64,000 bases of DNA from Macrostomum lignano. Its lineage: Eukaryota. The stretch covers positions 186,001-250,000 of the forward strand of contig NIVC01001293.1 in assembly GCA_002269645.1 (NCBI GenBank), read 5' to 3'. A model generated the notes under the pieces. The model was not told where the DNA came from. It saw only the letters and a list, made by a program, of their open reading frames with translations, and did no database searches. The position numbers and the translations under genes were made by a program. This document shows positions 25,350 to 39,200 of this stretch, one piece after another; positions within the stretch are counted from its first letter, which is position 1, and the number at the start of each line of letters is the position of its first letter.

Positions 25350-25959
25350 TACATTGACTAATATCTAAAATAATCCTATATACTAAAAATGAGTTGTCTA
25401 TTGGTAGGTATATATGCGATAGATTTCAGAAAAATTGGCTCAACCAATTTTCTTCAAACTTGCACCATTCGATCAGAAATTTTCCTGGGATGGTACATGC
25501 ATCTTGGCTAAGAAATTGCTCAATGTTAAAGCAATTAAATATTCGAAAAACATGCTTTTTTGCAAAGGTCAAGCAGCTCTTTCGACCTGAAATGCATTGT
25601 AAGAATGCTACAAAAAAACTGACTGGCTGAATTTCAATTGTGATTAAGATTGCATCACAACAAGTTGAAAACAGTGTCAAAGAAATGCACATAAGACTTG
25701 ATTTAAATTGCATAACCATATTGCTAACTTAAATTGAGACTGATACTGGCTGACTGAGAAATTGATTATGTCATAACTTTTTACTCTAACTAACTTGCTG
25801 AAAGAATTGAATTATAAAGGCCACAATTCACATTCTCCAATTAAAAAGAAATAGCCCAGATGCGAACAGACTGGAATGCTAATGTAGCAACCTGGGTTCG
25901 AATCTTAGTAGTGCAAAAAGATTTTTTTATTAAAACACTTTAAAAACACAAAACTGCTA

Positions 25960-27385
25960 AACATAAAAAGCGCAATGTCAAACATAGAAGAGCCACCATG
26001 TCGAACATTAAAGAGCCAACATATTGAATATAAAAGAGCCATCATGTCTAACATAAAAGAGCCACCATGCCAAACGTATACGTGACTCCATGTCAAAGAT
26101 TAAAAAGCCACCATGTCAAACATATATGTGACTCCATGTCAAACATTTAAGAGCCACCATGTCAAACATAAAAGAGCCACCATGTCAAACATAGAAGAGC
26201 CACCATGTTGAACATTAAAGAGCCAACATATTGAATATAAAAGAGCCACCATTCCAAACATAAAAGAAGCACCATGTCAAACATATACGTGACTCCATGT
26301 CAAAGATTAAAAAGCCACCATGTCAAACATATACGTGACTCCATGTCAAACATTTAAGAGCCACCATGTCAAAAATTTAAGCGCCACCATGTCAAACATT
26401 TAAGAGCCACCATATAGAATATTAAAGAGCCACCATTTCATACATTAAAGAGCCACCATGTCGAACATTAAAGAGCCACCATGTCAAACATAAAAGAGCT
26501 ATACCATCTTGAACATAAAAGAGCCACCATGTAGAATATTAAAGAGCCACCATTTCAAACATTAAAGAGCCACCATTTCGAATATTAAGGAGCCACCATG
26601 TCAAACATTTAAGAGCCACCATGTCAAACATAAAAGAGCCACCATGTTAAACATAGAAGAGCCACCATGTCAAACATAGAAGAGCCACCATGTCAAACAT
26701 AGAAGAGCCACCATGTCAGACATTGAAAAGCCACCATATCAAACATAAAGGAGTTACCATGTAGAACATAAAAGAGCCACCATGTCAACATAAAAGAGCC
26801 ACCATGTCAACATAAAAGAGCCACCATGTCAACATAAAAGAGCCACCATGTCAAACATAAAAGTTACACAATTTCAAACGTAAAAGTAAGCGAATTTTAA
26901 AGGAGCCACTATAATGCTAAGGAAATTGTCGCACTAGCTACTTATTGTCTGGTGGATGCTTGCTATTTGGGGATGCTATCTATCTGGGGGATGCTTGCTA
27001 TTCGGGGATGCTATCTATCTGGGGGATGCTTGCTATTCGGGGATGCTATCTATCTGGGGGATGCTTGCTCTCTGGGGGATGCTTGCTATCTGGGTATGCT
27101 TGCTATCTGGGGGATGCTTGCTATTTTGGGGATGCCTGCTATCTGGGGGATGCTTGCTATCTGGGGGATGCTTGCTATCTGGGGGATGCTTGCAATCTGG
27201 GGGATGCTTGCAATCTGGGGGATGCTTGCTGTCTTGGGATGATTTCTTTTTACATTGCACTTCATTTGAGTATTTTGTCTGTTTTCTTTATGAAGGCTTT
27301 ATTTGGCGATCTTTTTGTTACATGTACTTGTAGAGAGCAGAGATTCTATACAGATGCCCCTCAACAGAGGGCAAAGATTGCTAGT
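25960..27385 (+). mobile_element. Helitron-like non-autonomous element with 22-bp (AAAGAGCCACCATGTCAAACAT) and 18-bp arrays
   Basis: Ends in hairpin TGCCCCT...AGGGGCA, then AAGATTG-CTAG|T at 27382-27386. 5' boundary approximate. Confidence 0.55.
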
Positions 27386-28224
27386 TTTTTAACTAAAAAT
27401 GTTTTAAATAATTTTTTTTCCAAAAAAAAGTTTCTAAAAAGAAATTCTGCTTCAACTTTTTGCTTTGTATATAAAATGACATTTTTAACAATACTTTTTT
27501 TGTGAAATTGGACTCAATTTCTAGTTTTTACTAAAAAAGTATGTATAGTTAGATAAATATAACTTTGCAATAATTCAATCAATAAATTCATGTGATATAT
27601 TGTTAGAAAATATTTTTTTTCCTTTAGAATATTTCTTTCTATACCACTTATAATCTTACTTATTTAGTTTAGGTTATTTTTTAAGTTAGAAAAATACATT
27701 TTTCACATTATTTCTATTTGGTCACATTTCTATTCACCTTTATGCTACACTATGGTTCTTTGCATTGTATTGCACTAGGCCTATGCTACACTATATCTAG
27801 ATTGATCTATGTCAGATGCCAGAGTTGCCAAAATGTATATATATTGCAATTAAACTATATTGAATTATTAGCATTTATTTATACTAATTATTGAATATAT
27901 ATTAGACTTAGTATTGTAATTATATTTTTCATTTAATTAGTGCAGGTATATATATACATATAGGTTGATGTTATATAAAGGCATGATATAGCATTGTAAT
28001 TATTAAACAAACACTAACAAATAAAATGCATATACGCTCGTAGAATACATAAAAATAAAGCTAAATCTCTTGGGTCTAAAGCTTAAATAACTTCCTCCAA
28101 ATTTATGTACATTATACCAATAAATCTTAAATTTTTAAAGTAATCTATGATAATGTTAAGAGTATTTTTATCTGCTTATCTGCAAACATTCAACAATCGA
28201 TGCATGCATTTATAATAGCATACA

Positions 28225-31200
28225 ATGCTGAGCACAACAGTAAGGCATTTGAGACAGTGTGTACTTAAGAAGTGTCTCTTGTCTTCACCTTTGCACCAAA
28301 AGCAGTTTTGTTATAAAAGCTTGGCAGCCATTAGCAAGAATGGCCAAAGGAGGGATATGAGTACTGAGCCTTCTACTGCAACAGCATCTGCTGAGAGTAC
28401 ATCCCTAAGTGATGCAAAGTCTGCTGAATTAGCTTCAGCAGGTGATCAAGAACTTGAACCCTGCATTCTTGGATTGTTTGCTGGCAAAGTTAACAAGGTT
28501 TGAACTGCATTTTATGCTTAGAAATATTCTTCCTTGGTGACGTTGAGGCACCCAACTTTTGAACTTAACTTTGCTTCAATTGTTTTTTAGAATCTCACCA
28601 TCTATCCAGAGCTAGACTCAGTGGAAGAGATTGATGCGGTGCACAAAACAGTTGAACCTGTTGAGACATTTTTTGAGGAGCATGGTGAGCTGAATAGACT
28701 TGTTTGATTTATTTAATTATCTCCCTATTTTAATACTCAATTTTATATTGGCCAAATATATTTATGGTATTATTTTATTTTATTATAGTACCTCTAGCCG
28801 GGACTAGCCCCATAGGTAGAGTTAAGAGGCAGGGGGCTGTGTGCAACGTGCCGCACTTTAAGCGACATTGTCACACAACCGGCGAAAGGCGTTGCTGCCC
28901 ATTCCGCCGACTCCCCTGAGCAGGCACACAAGCGCGCGGATTACGTACGCAGTCACACACACACAGGCACACACTCACACAGGAGTGTACAGCGGCCCTA
29001 ACTTTCTTTATCGTTAGGCATGTACACCTCACTGTGCCTTGGGGGTTGGCTAGACCACTGGGCTACGCCCCCCCCCCCAGTCTCCTAGAATGTTTTGTAT
29101 ACATCTCCTGTTAAAAATGTTACCATGACAAGAATCGCAGTCATTGCAAACAACTCCAGTGACTCTTTAGCGACTTTGGCGTTACTTCCGTAACTTTTTA
29201 ACGACTCAAACAACTGCAATGCGACGGAGAGGCGACTGTTGAGTGGGGGGGGGGCATCACAAACCCGAAAAATCACAACTCTGAAAAGCGCAACTCTGAA
29301 ATTGATAGCAGCACACATCATAAACCCGAAAAATCATAACTCCGAAAGTTCTAGCAATGTCCAACACTATTTTGGTTTTCGGAGTTATGATATTTCGGGT
29401 TTGTGATAATTCGGGTTTATGATGGGCAATGCTATTTTGCCATTTTTGGTTTTCGGAGTTGTGATTTTCGGGTTTGTGATATTTCGGGTTTATAATGGGA
29501 AGTACTTTCGGAGTTGTTATTTTTCGGGTTTATAATGGGAAGTACTTTCGGAGTTGTGATTTTTCGGATTTGTGATGGGAAGTGCTTTCGGAGTTGTGAT
29601 TTTTCGGATTTGTGATGGGAAGTGCTTTCGGAGTTGTGATTTTTCGGGTTTATGATGGGAAGTGCTTTCGGAGTTGTGATTTTTCGGGTTTATGATGGGA
29701 AGTGCTTTCGGAGTTGTGATTTTTCGGGTTTGTGATGCCGACCCTGTTGAGTCACAAGCCCAACACGTAGGTTTTAGAATCGAGAGTCGAGAGGCGCCTA
29801 TCCATCGTTTAGTGTCGCTCCAGAGTTTTTTTAGAGTCGCAGACAGTAAAACGCCTTAAATTGATTTTTAGGCGAACTCTGGCGACTTGTACTGTGACAT
29901 CTCGTCGTTTTAGAGTCGCCTAGTTAAAGTCACTTTTTTCCTATTTTACCCGTGTTACCTGCAACGACTCTGGGACACTTCCCGGTGGGAAAAAAATGGT
30001 CGCCGCGACGGCTTCTGTTTGTTGCGTTTACGACGGCGGAAACTCCGTTCGAGTGAACGCCGAGTTTCCGTCGCCACAACGGTCGCTGCGACGGCGGTCG
30101 GAAGACCCATTAGCGACTCTTATATGCGTACGATACTACTTGTATCGTGTAGTAGTGTAGATGGACCATGATATATCCCACGAATTTTTTATTTTTTCGG
30201 AATAAAAAAGAAACGAAATATAGATGCAGTCCTTTTCAACAAATAAACATTATGTTGCTATGGGAAATGCTTTTTAGCATTATATTTATAGAATTACCTG
30301 ATTATTCAGTTCCTGCTAGAGAAGAAAAAATTCACCCATAGACATACTTCAAAAAAGTACAATAATATCAAACTGTTGTTTATTAAGCATACACGAAGCG
30401 TACAAGAAAGCAATCGTTCACAATATTAAGTACAATAAAGTACAATAAGGTATAAATGGCCTATAGGGTCCATTGTACCCCACAGACAAATAAGCAGTCA
30501 TCAATAGAAATATGGCGTGCATTAGCTAACTAATTTTCTGATTATGAACATTGAGCAACTACTCCAGATCAGAGCAGTACTCGAGTTCGAGCTCTTGCTC
30601 AACTCAGAGTTTGAGGTGAAACTTGCCAGTTATTGCTCACTTTATTCATACGGCCAAATGACTAATTCAATGGGCTTTCTATGCACATAAAGTAATAACA
30701 CTGTTATGTACAGAAGCTGCAATAATAGTCGATTTATGGGGTCAAAAAACTCATTATTTTTTAAACGTTTGGGGTTTAGAGTAAAAGATCAGCTGTATCA
30801 TTTAACATATAAGGACACCTAATTTAGCGCCCCAAGGACATCTAGTTTGATCCCCTAAGGACACCTAATTTATCGCCCCAAGTACATCTAGTTTAGCGTC
30901 CCAAGGACACCTAATTTATCGCCCCAAGGACACCTAATTTAGTGCCCCAAGGACATCTAGTTTAACGCCCCAAGGACACCTAATTTAGCGCCTCAAGGAC
31001 ATCTAGTTTAGCGTCCCAAGGACACCTAATTTATCGCCCCAAGGACACCTAATTTAGCGCCCCAAGGACATCTAGTTTAGCGTCCCAAGGACACCTAATT
31101 TATCGCCCCAAGGACACCTAGTTTAGCGTCCCAAGGACACCTAATTTATCGCCCCAAGGACACCTAGTTTAGCGTCCCAAGGACACCTAATTTATCGCCC

Positions 31201-34200
31201 CAAGAACACCTAGTTTAGCGTCCCAAGAACATCTAGTTTGACCCACTAAGGACACCTAATTTATCGCCCCAAGGACACCTAATTTAGCGCCCCAAGGACA
31301 TCTAGTTTAGCGTCCCAAGGACACCTAATTTATCACCCCAAGGACACCTAATTTATCGCCCCAAAACATCTAGTTTGACCCCCTAAGGACACCTAATTTA
31401 TCGCCCCAAGGACACCTAATTTAGCGCCTCAAGGACATCTAGTTTAGCGTCCCAAGGACACCTAATTTATCGCCCCAAGGACACCTAGTTTAGCGTCCCA
31501 AGGACACCTAATTTATCGCCCCAAGGACACCTAGTTTAGCGTCCCAAGGACACCTAATTTATCGCCCCAAGAACACCTAGTTTAGCGTCCCAAGTACATC
31601 TAGTTTGACCCCCACAGAGAATCGCTCGCTGTGAGAAGCGCCAATTGACAACTGCTTTCAGAAATTTTTCTTTGAGACTCACTGTATGAGAATCTCTTTC
31701 ATGCGAGAATTGTCCCTTGCGAAGAACCTTGCAAAAATCGATTCGCAGAGACCCTAACCTGACGTTTTGATAACTCAAATCTCCAATCCATAGGCGCGTA
31801 TGGTAATTATAAAGCTTCCTCTCTGGCTCAATGGCCTCCATAAAATTTAGAAAATGCTGTGGAAAAATTTCGGCATGCAGTTGGCTTTTGCGAATTTTCT
31901 TCTTGATGAATAGCTATTTGCATATGCCATTTTCTAACGCCCTATAAACACATTTTACAATCGGCTTTCGCGTGGCTATATCTGAGAATAAACATATTTT
32001 CAAGACAGCTAATTATGGAGGTGGGAACAGTAAAATGGGGCATCTTTGTGAGAAGGGCAACTGAACCACAAAAGGGAAATTCTTAGCTTACTATATGCAC
32101 CTAAAAATGAGGCATAGAAATGAGATTTTGAGATTGGGGGATTTTTGCGTCACCGATTGTCGGGGGATTTTCCGGAGAATTCCCAGGGGGGCTTTGTTTT
32201 GACGGGAGGGTGATAGTTGTGCACATATGATGGTTAAGGCGATGGAGACTCGTCAGATAAGTCCTGCGAATCAGGATAGTGCCGCTTTCCGCTGCCCTGC
32301 TCGGGTGCACTTGGGCGCTTCTTCGCCTTCTTGCGCAGGTTGTCCCCCGCATGCTTAAGAGCCGAGATGACGTGTTTTTCTACATCTCGCTCAGATGGCC
32401 TCTCATGAGGCTTGTCGTCTTTGTACATCGTGGAAACGGCTCCTGGAATTGGATTGGTGGTTTTATTCTGTCAAATTTATTCTACTCTATGCTCCATAGT
32501 CCCTACTTTAAGTAGACATTATTCACTTGAATTTGTCTAAATGTTTCATTCTGAACCAGTTTCATTGAAGAAACTATACTATAAAATTAGGCAAAATGAT
32601 TCTGATTCTAGATTTACAATTACACACTTTCGGATTTCTGTAAACTTACGCTTCAGAAGAGGAAGCAGTGTTGTCTGGAAGCCAAGGCTGTCATCTGTTC
32701 CCGCGCCGCCGGACCTCTCGGCCAAGCCTCGACCGCAATAGTTTAGCTGGGCCATCATTTCAGGGGTGATACACTTTAGCAGCATCCGTCGGATGGTGCT
32801 CGCAACACTGTCACCCCGGCAGCGTGCCAGTTGCGTGCGCAGAACTTTCTGTGCCTCCTTATCTGATGCCAGCTTTAGATAGCCCGCCCACGAAGCAGCT
32901 GGTTGCCATTCAGCTTCGGGCAGCTCGATGATAGTGCCGCCAACAGTCGAGTTGCCCTGCCTGTTGAGGGCCGCCAGAATCTCCCGCTGCTGCTGTTGTA
33001 TTGTTGCGTCTCGCTGCTCTTGGAGCTGCTGGCCGCGCAACACCAGCAACATCAGCTGCGAGATACCCTTCAGACTCGCCAAGTCACCGAACTTGGCTGT
33101 TAAGTCCATCATCAGCCTGCGAGCGGCTTGGTTCTCCAGTTGTAGGCCCACGCTTTCCCTGTTGCGGCTCTGGGTGCTTGAGCTAGCAGCTGTGATAGCA
33201 GCAGCAGCAGCAGCAGCAGTGAAACTCTGGTCATGTTGAGGCCCTGGTGTCGATGTAGCCGTAGCGGTATCTGTTGGCTGAATAGAATAGGGGTGGGGGA
33301 CAAATCATTACACTCATTACTCCGGATCTGCGAATACATTTATGTCATTTTCTTGTATAAAGCATATACACCTTATACTTTCATAGTCTCGAATTCGTAC
33401 TTAAAATTTAATGCGAACATAGCATAGCATTTATCAATCACAATTACTAATCTTGCACACTCATTTATTTATTACTTTGAAGTTGCTGCTGTCGAGACTA
33501 TAGTGACTAAAATGATGTGCAAAGATGACCAGGGGACCGGATTAACCTTTCCCAAGAATTAAACATGTCAAGGCGCTCACTATAGTATAAATATACCGTA
33601 CCCACGGCCAAGCGCCTGAGCGTTATAAATATTTTGTTGTACTTTTTATTTGCGACTCAGTTGTCATGATTTACCATAGAAAATTTCCTTTTACAGTTCT
33701 TTCTCGCAGTTAAGTTTCTCGCTTCATATCTTCTCATCGTTTAACTCATAATATATATACTTGAATTCAGCCCAAGTTGACCTATAATTTCACTACAGCG
33801 TAAATCTAAAAATTGGTCTGCCATGACATTTTCATCGTCAGGTAGTGAGACACAAGGTGTGCTATGCTTACCCGCACCGAACGATGCAAATCCGACGGAG
33901 AAGCGGCTGCTGCTGAAGGTGAAGCTCGGTTCTGCATGGGTAGTAGTTGAGCCGCCTCCATACTCGGCTTAGGTACCACAGAAGCTCCATGTGGATGGCT
34001 CGCGGATGCTGCTGGCTGCCCGGAACCGACATCAGCCTCTGAATCCATCGTGCCATGATCCGATTGGAGTGCCTGCACAGATAGATCGCATAGTATGGGA
34101 ATGGATTATATAGTTTATCCAGGTGTATGATTATTTCAAAGCCCGAAATTATCTCACGTTATGCTTAGACTATAACGACGCAACAGTGAAGGGAAAGGCC

Positions 34201-35762
34201 CGAATTATACTCATTTTTCTAAGCTAGCAGAATTATATTTTACCTGATGGCTTGTGGATAACTCCGTTAAAGCAGCCCTTGGCCTTAGCTTAGAGTTTAT
34301 TCTTAGAAACGTACAAACAAAAATAGGAGTAAAATCATTCTCCTTCCCTGTCCGCAACCGTTGTTTTTACCCATAATCCGCTCATTCCTTTCCACTCTGC
34401 CCTCCGACCACTCCCACACTTCCATTTGTATTTCTAAGAACGAATTCTTTCTACTGCACTGCAAAAAGACAGTCAAAAAGCTTTTTCGACGGCGTGATTT
34501 TTGGCTCCTGTTCTGATCGATAGACACCTGGTTTCTTAATAATTTAGTTTGGTAAATTATCTTTTACATACCTGCACGGGCTTCAGCAGCAGCCGCTTCT
34601 TCACTCCGGGACAAATAACGCGTGGCGAAACCTGAAGGAAAATTCGCTTCGGGCGAAAGTCTTTTTCAAGCCGGCACCTGCGGCAGTACTGTATGACTCT
34701 TGTAAGATCATACCCGTCATCAAGCGATACCTGAGAAGTAAGGATTGGGTGTAAATCTAAATTGTATGGTATAAGTCGTCCCCGACTCCATTTTATTTGT
34801 ATGCATTATATAGATGAAGGTAGCAGGCTGCAGGTCTTGATAAAGTGCGGACGGTTTTTATATTCTACGGAATACCTGCGGAATGGTGTAAAATATTTAT
34901 GATGCGGACATTGTTTTGGCTCCAATGGCTTCCTCATCAAACGATGCAATATTTCCCCGCATTCAGCTACATGCTATACCATCGTGGCCCTTGTTATATG
35001 CACTTTTCAATTTCCGAAAAATGTGCACTGCTCTATTTCCAGTAGTGTAGTCGGGCATAGGAATCATAACAATCAAAGTGGAAAAACTGGTAGAAATTTC
35101 TGCTTCTTGACACGGTACGGTGGACTCAATTTAAACATTGTTATTGCCTAAAGAGTCTGTTGTGGCAGTAACAGGCTTTGAAAGCCCAGGAAAAGCAATT
35201 ATATTAAGGAATTTATTCTATTCCGCATTCCGGTTCCGCAGTTTATAAAGAGCCGCAGGCTGCAGCTGACCAAACAATAGAAATAAGATAAAAAAGTCAA
35301 TATCATTTGCTTACCAATATAACTGTTGCTTCGTAGAAGGCGTCTCCGTAGATGGCGCTGCAACGGATCCGCTCCGTCTCATGATCATCACTTTGAGCAA
35401 AGCCTATCCAGTCATTGTGACTGTCAAACGTAGCGAATCGCCCTTGAAGCCTTATTTGTTCAAAAGGTACTTCAACTACTTCCAGGTCGCAACTAAAAAT
35501 TACTACGAAGCGCATTGCCATATACGAGCGTACTAGAGCTGAGAGATAACTACAGAAACGATCAGATAGATATGTCAGATGCTCATAGGAATTGTTCTAC
35601 GAAGTGAATAGTATCTGACTCAGAAAGTCGTAGTCTGTTCTTAAATGCCACTTAATTCTTTTGTGAACCAATGAGAAAGCTACTGCTCTTTTTATCCTCT
35701 CTCTCGTTTGCATTCTTTTAGTCCTCATGTTCAGCGACAGCCAATGGGAGATCTTAGTGCAT

Positions 35763-35797
<35 letters not shown>

Positions 35798-36119
35798 CTT
35801 CTGTCTTCGTCTGTTTGATTAGACTTCAGGTTTCTATATTATTGCCTATATTTTAGAGAAGGGGACAGAATATAGAATTTTGCACCCAGTTTATAATTGT
35901 GTCTCTGTCTCTCTGTGGGGCTCTGGGGGCTTCCCCTACTTTTCCTCTCCTCTCCTTTACCCCTTTCTCTCCCTGTCTCTCTCTCCCTCCCTCTCTCACC
36001 CTCTCACAGTCTTCCTCTCAGTCTCACTCACTTTATCTCCTCCTCTCCGTCTCTCCCTCATCCCTATCTCTCTCTCCCTCTGTATGTGTCTCTGTCTCTT
36101 CTCTCTGTCCCCTCTCTTT

Positions 36120-36200
<81 letters not shown>

Positions 36201-39200
36201 GTCTATCCCTCATCCTCTCTCTCCCTCTGTGTGTCTGTCTCTCTCTTCCCACCTCTCTCTCTCTTTCTCTCTGTTATCTTGCCTATGAGATACATTGTGA
36301 TGGTGGGTAGGAGGGTATGCTGTGCTATGTGGCGCCACTCTGTCTGTAACGATGAGACTTTATCGGTACACCCACATTCCGGCTGGCCATGAATATGGAA
36401 CTGAGTGTTCGCAAAAAGGCCCTCAAACCCCCACTACCCCTATCTTTTACATTTCTAAGTTTGAAAATCGGAAATGAAGAGCGTGGGAAAATTACTTGAA
36501 TTGGCTTAGAATGTTAAGATTTAGTATATTTGGATTGCTCTTTGTTTGCCGGGGCTTCAGCACACACCCTCCATCTTGCACCCTGCCTCTTCCGGATCCA
36601 CCAAAATACGCAACAGACTGAGTGTTGTGATCTGTACCCTGGCCCCTCCCCTTCCTTTGATGCAGGCTCCTGCTTGATTTCCCTGCTTGATTAGTTGCTA
36701 AAATGCTATTGCTAAAATTTGTGATTCAAAGGTAACGATAAAAATAAATTCTAAAAAAAACATTTGTATTTGTATTTACTAATACAGCTTTACAGCTATT
36801 TGTATTCATTTCTCCGCCTTCGAGTATCTGGAAAGCTGATTAGGCTAGAGATCCGATTCTTTCTGCAAAAGACACCTGTGTACTGTTTTTCATCGGGTCT
36901 GTATCTCTAGATAAGAGTTTATATGATAACTCTAGTCATATGAGTGAGATTTCTACGGCCTCATTTGGGTTAAACTTTCTCCATCTCAAACTGCACAGTT
37001 AACAGCTCCGAGCTGGACACCCAGGCCGAGTTTCTGCCGCCGCCACTGCTAGCGGGACTTCGCCAGCTGAACCTGTTCAACACAGCATCCAGCCTGTCGG
37101 CTGTGGCGCAGGCTCGCCTATCTGAGTGCCTCTCTGCCGATGCCTCTATTGAGCTCACCCTCAGAGCTCATAATTCCCTGGGTGAGCTTTCCTGGGGATG
37201 CTGGGTGATGGAGTTCAGATGGGATGCTGGGTGATGAAGTTCAGATGGGATGCTGGGTGATGGAGATCAGATAGGGATGCTGGGTGATGGAGTTTAAATA
37301 GGGATGCTGGGTGATGGAGATCAGATAGGGATGCTGGGTGATGGAGTTCAGATGGGATGCTGGGTGATGGAGATCAGATAGGGATGCTGGGTGATGGAGT
37401 TTAAATAGAATGCTGGGTGATGGAGTTCAGATAGGGATGCTGGGTGATGGAGTTCAGATAGAATGCTGGGTGATGAAGTTCAGATGGGATGCTGGGTAAT
37501 GGAGTTCAGATGGGATGCTGGGTGATGAAGTTCAGATGGGATGCTGGGTGATGCCGTGATGGAGTTCAGATAGGGATGCTAGGTGATGAAGTTCAGATGG
37601 GATGCTGGGTGATGGAGTTCAGATAGGGATGCTGGGTGATGAAGTTCAGATGGGATGCTGGGTGATGAAGTTCAGATGGGATGCTGGGTAATGGAGTTCA
37701 GATGGGATGCTGGGTGATGGAGTTCAGATGGGATGCTGGGTGATGGAGTTCAGAAAGGATGCTGGGTGATGGAGTTCAGATGGGATGCTGGGTGATGGAG
37801 TTCAGATGGGATGCTGGGTGATGGAGTTCTAGGATGCTGGGTGATGGAGTTCAGATGGGATGCTGGGTGATGGAGTTCAGATAGGATTCTAAGTGATGAA
37901 GTTCGGAGCAAAATCCCTACAACGCAGCATCCCTGGTTAATGCACGCGCAGGTGTCCGAGCTCTGCTAGAAGGAGCCAAACCGGAACTGCTGCACCGACT
38001 GGGCGGAGCTCTGGCCTCTGGCGAGCGGATTGCGGCATTCTGTCTGACTGAACCCTGCGGAGGCGGAGCGTTCGCCCAACCTAAATCCGCTATCCAGTGC
38101 AAGGCGACCCTGGACACTGACGGATGCAATTGGCGATTGAATGGCACCAAGATTTGGGTAGCGAATGCGCCAGTTGCCGACGCTTTTGTTGTGCTAGCGG
38201 CTACGGATGCTCCGGCTGAGAAGCCGGTCACAGACAGTAAGCTTTTTTTAGTTATATATGCCTAATAAGCTGGCTGTTAGAGTTATTAGTAAGGGTTCAA
38301 AACCTGGTTTCTATGGTTTCCAGACTGGCTGCTATGGCTGCTAGACTGGCTGCTATAGCTGCTAGAATGGTTGCTTGCCATGGCTGCTAGAATGGTTTCT
38401 ATGGTTGATAGACTGGTTGTTATGCTTGATAGACTGGTTGCTATGGTTGAGACTCGTTACCATGGTTGCTAGACTCGTTGCTATGGTTGATAGACTGGTT
38501 GCTATGGTTGATCGACTGGTTGCGATGCTTGGTAGATTGGTTGCTATGGCTGCTAGAATGATTGCTATGGCTGCTAGAATGGTTTCTATGGTTGATAGAC
38601 TGGTTGCTATGCTTGATAGACTGGTTGCTATGGTTGAGACTCGTTACCATGGTTGCTAGACTCGTTGCTATGGTTGATAGACTGGTTGCTATGGTTGATA
38701 GACTTGTTTCTATGGTTGATAGACTTGTTTCTATGGTTGATAGACTGGTTGCTATGGTTGATAGACTGGTTGCTATGGTTGATAGGCTGGTTGCTATGGT
38801 TGATAGACTGGTTGCTATGGTTGATAGACTGGTTGCTATGGCTGCTAGACTGGTTGCTACAGACCCTGAAAACCCGCTTTATCCATCCAGGCGCAGCTGA
38901 TAAGCCCAGGACCGGCATCACCGCCTTCCTGGTGGAGCGCGACCAGCCCGGCGTGTCGGTGGGGCCGCGCGAAGTTGGCCTGGGCGTCCGCTCGGCCGCG
39001 GTTGGTGCGCTTCACCTCAACAACGTCATTGTGTCGGACGCCAGCGTACTCGGCGAATTAGGCGAAGGTCACCGGCTAGTTCGGCGGGTTGTGACAGCTG
39101 GCAGGATCGCTGCTGGGGCTGCTGCAGTTGGCTCGTTGAAGCGGCAAATTGGTCAGGTTGCTGAGCAGTGCAAAGTGCGCCGGACAGGGGGACTGCCGCC

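Noticed and set aside
32090-35770. ATATGCAC/GTGCATAT as TIRs around the DUF4806-like gene
   Set aside because: Only 8 bp of match and no TSD.
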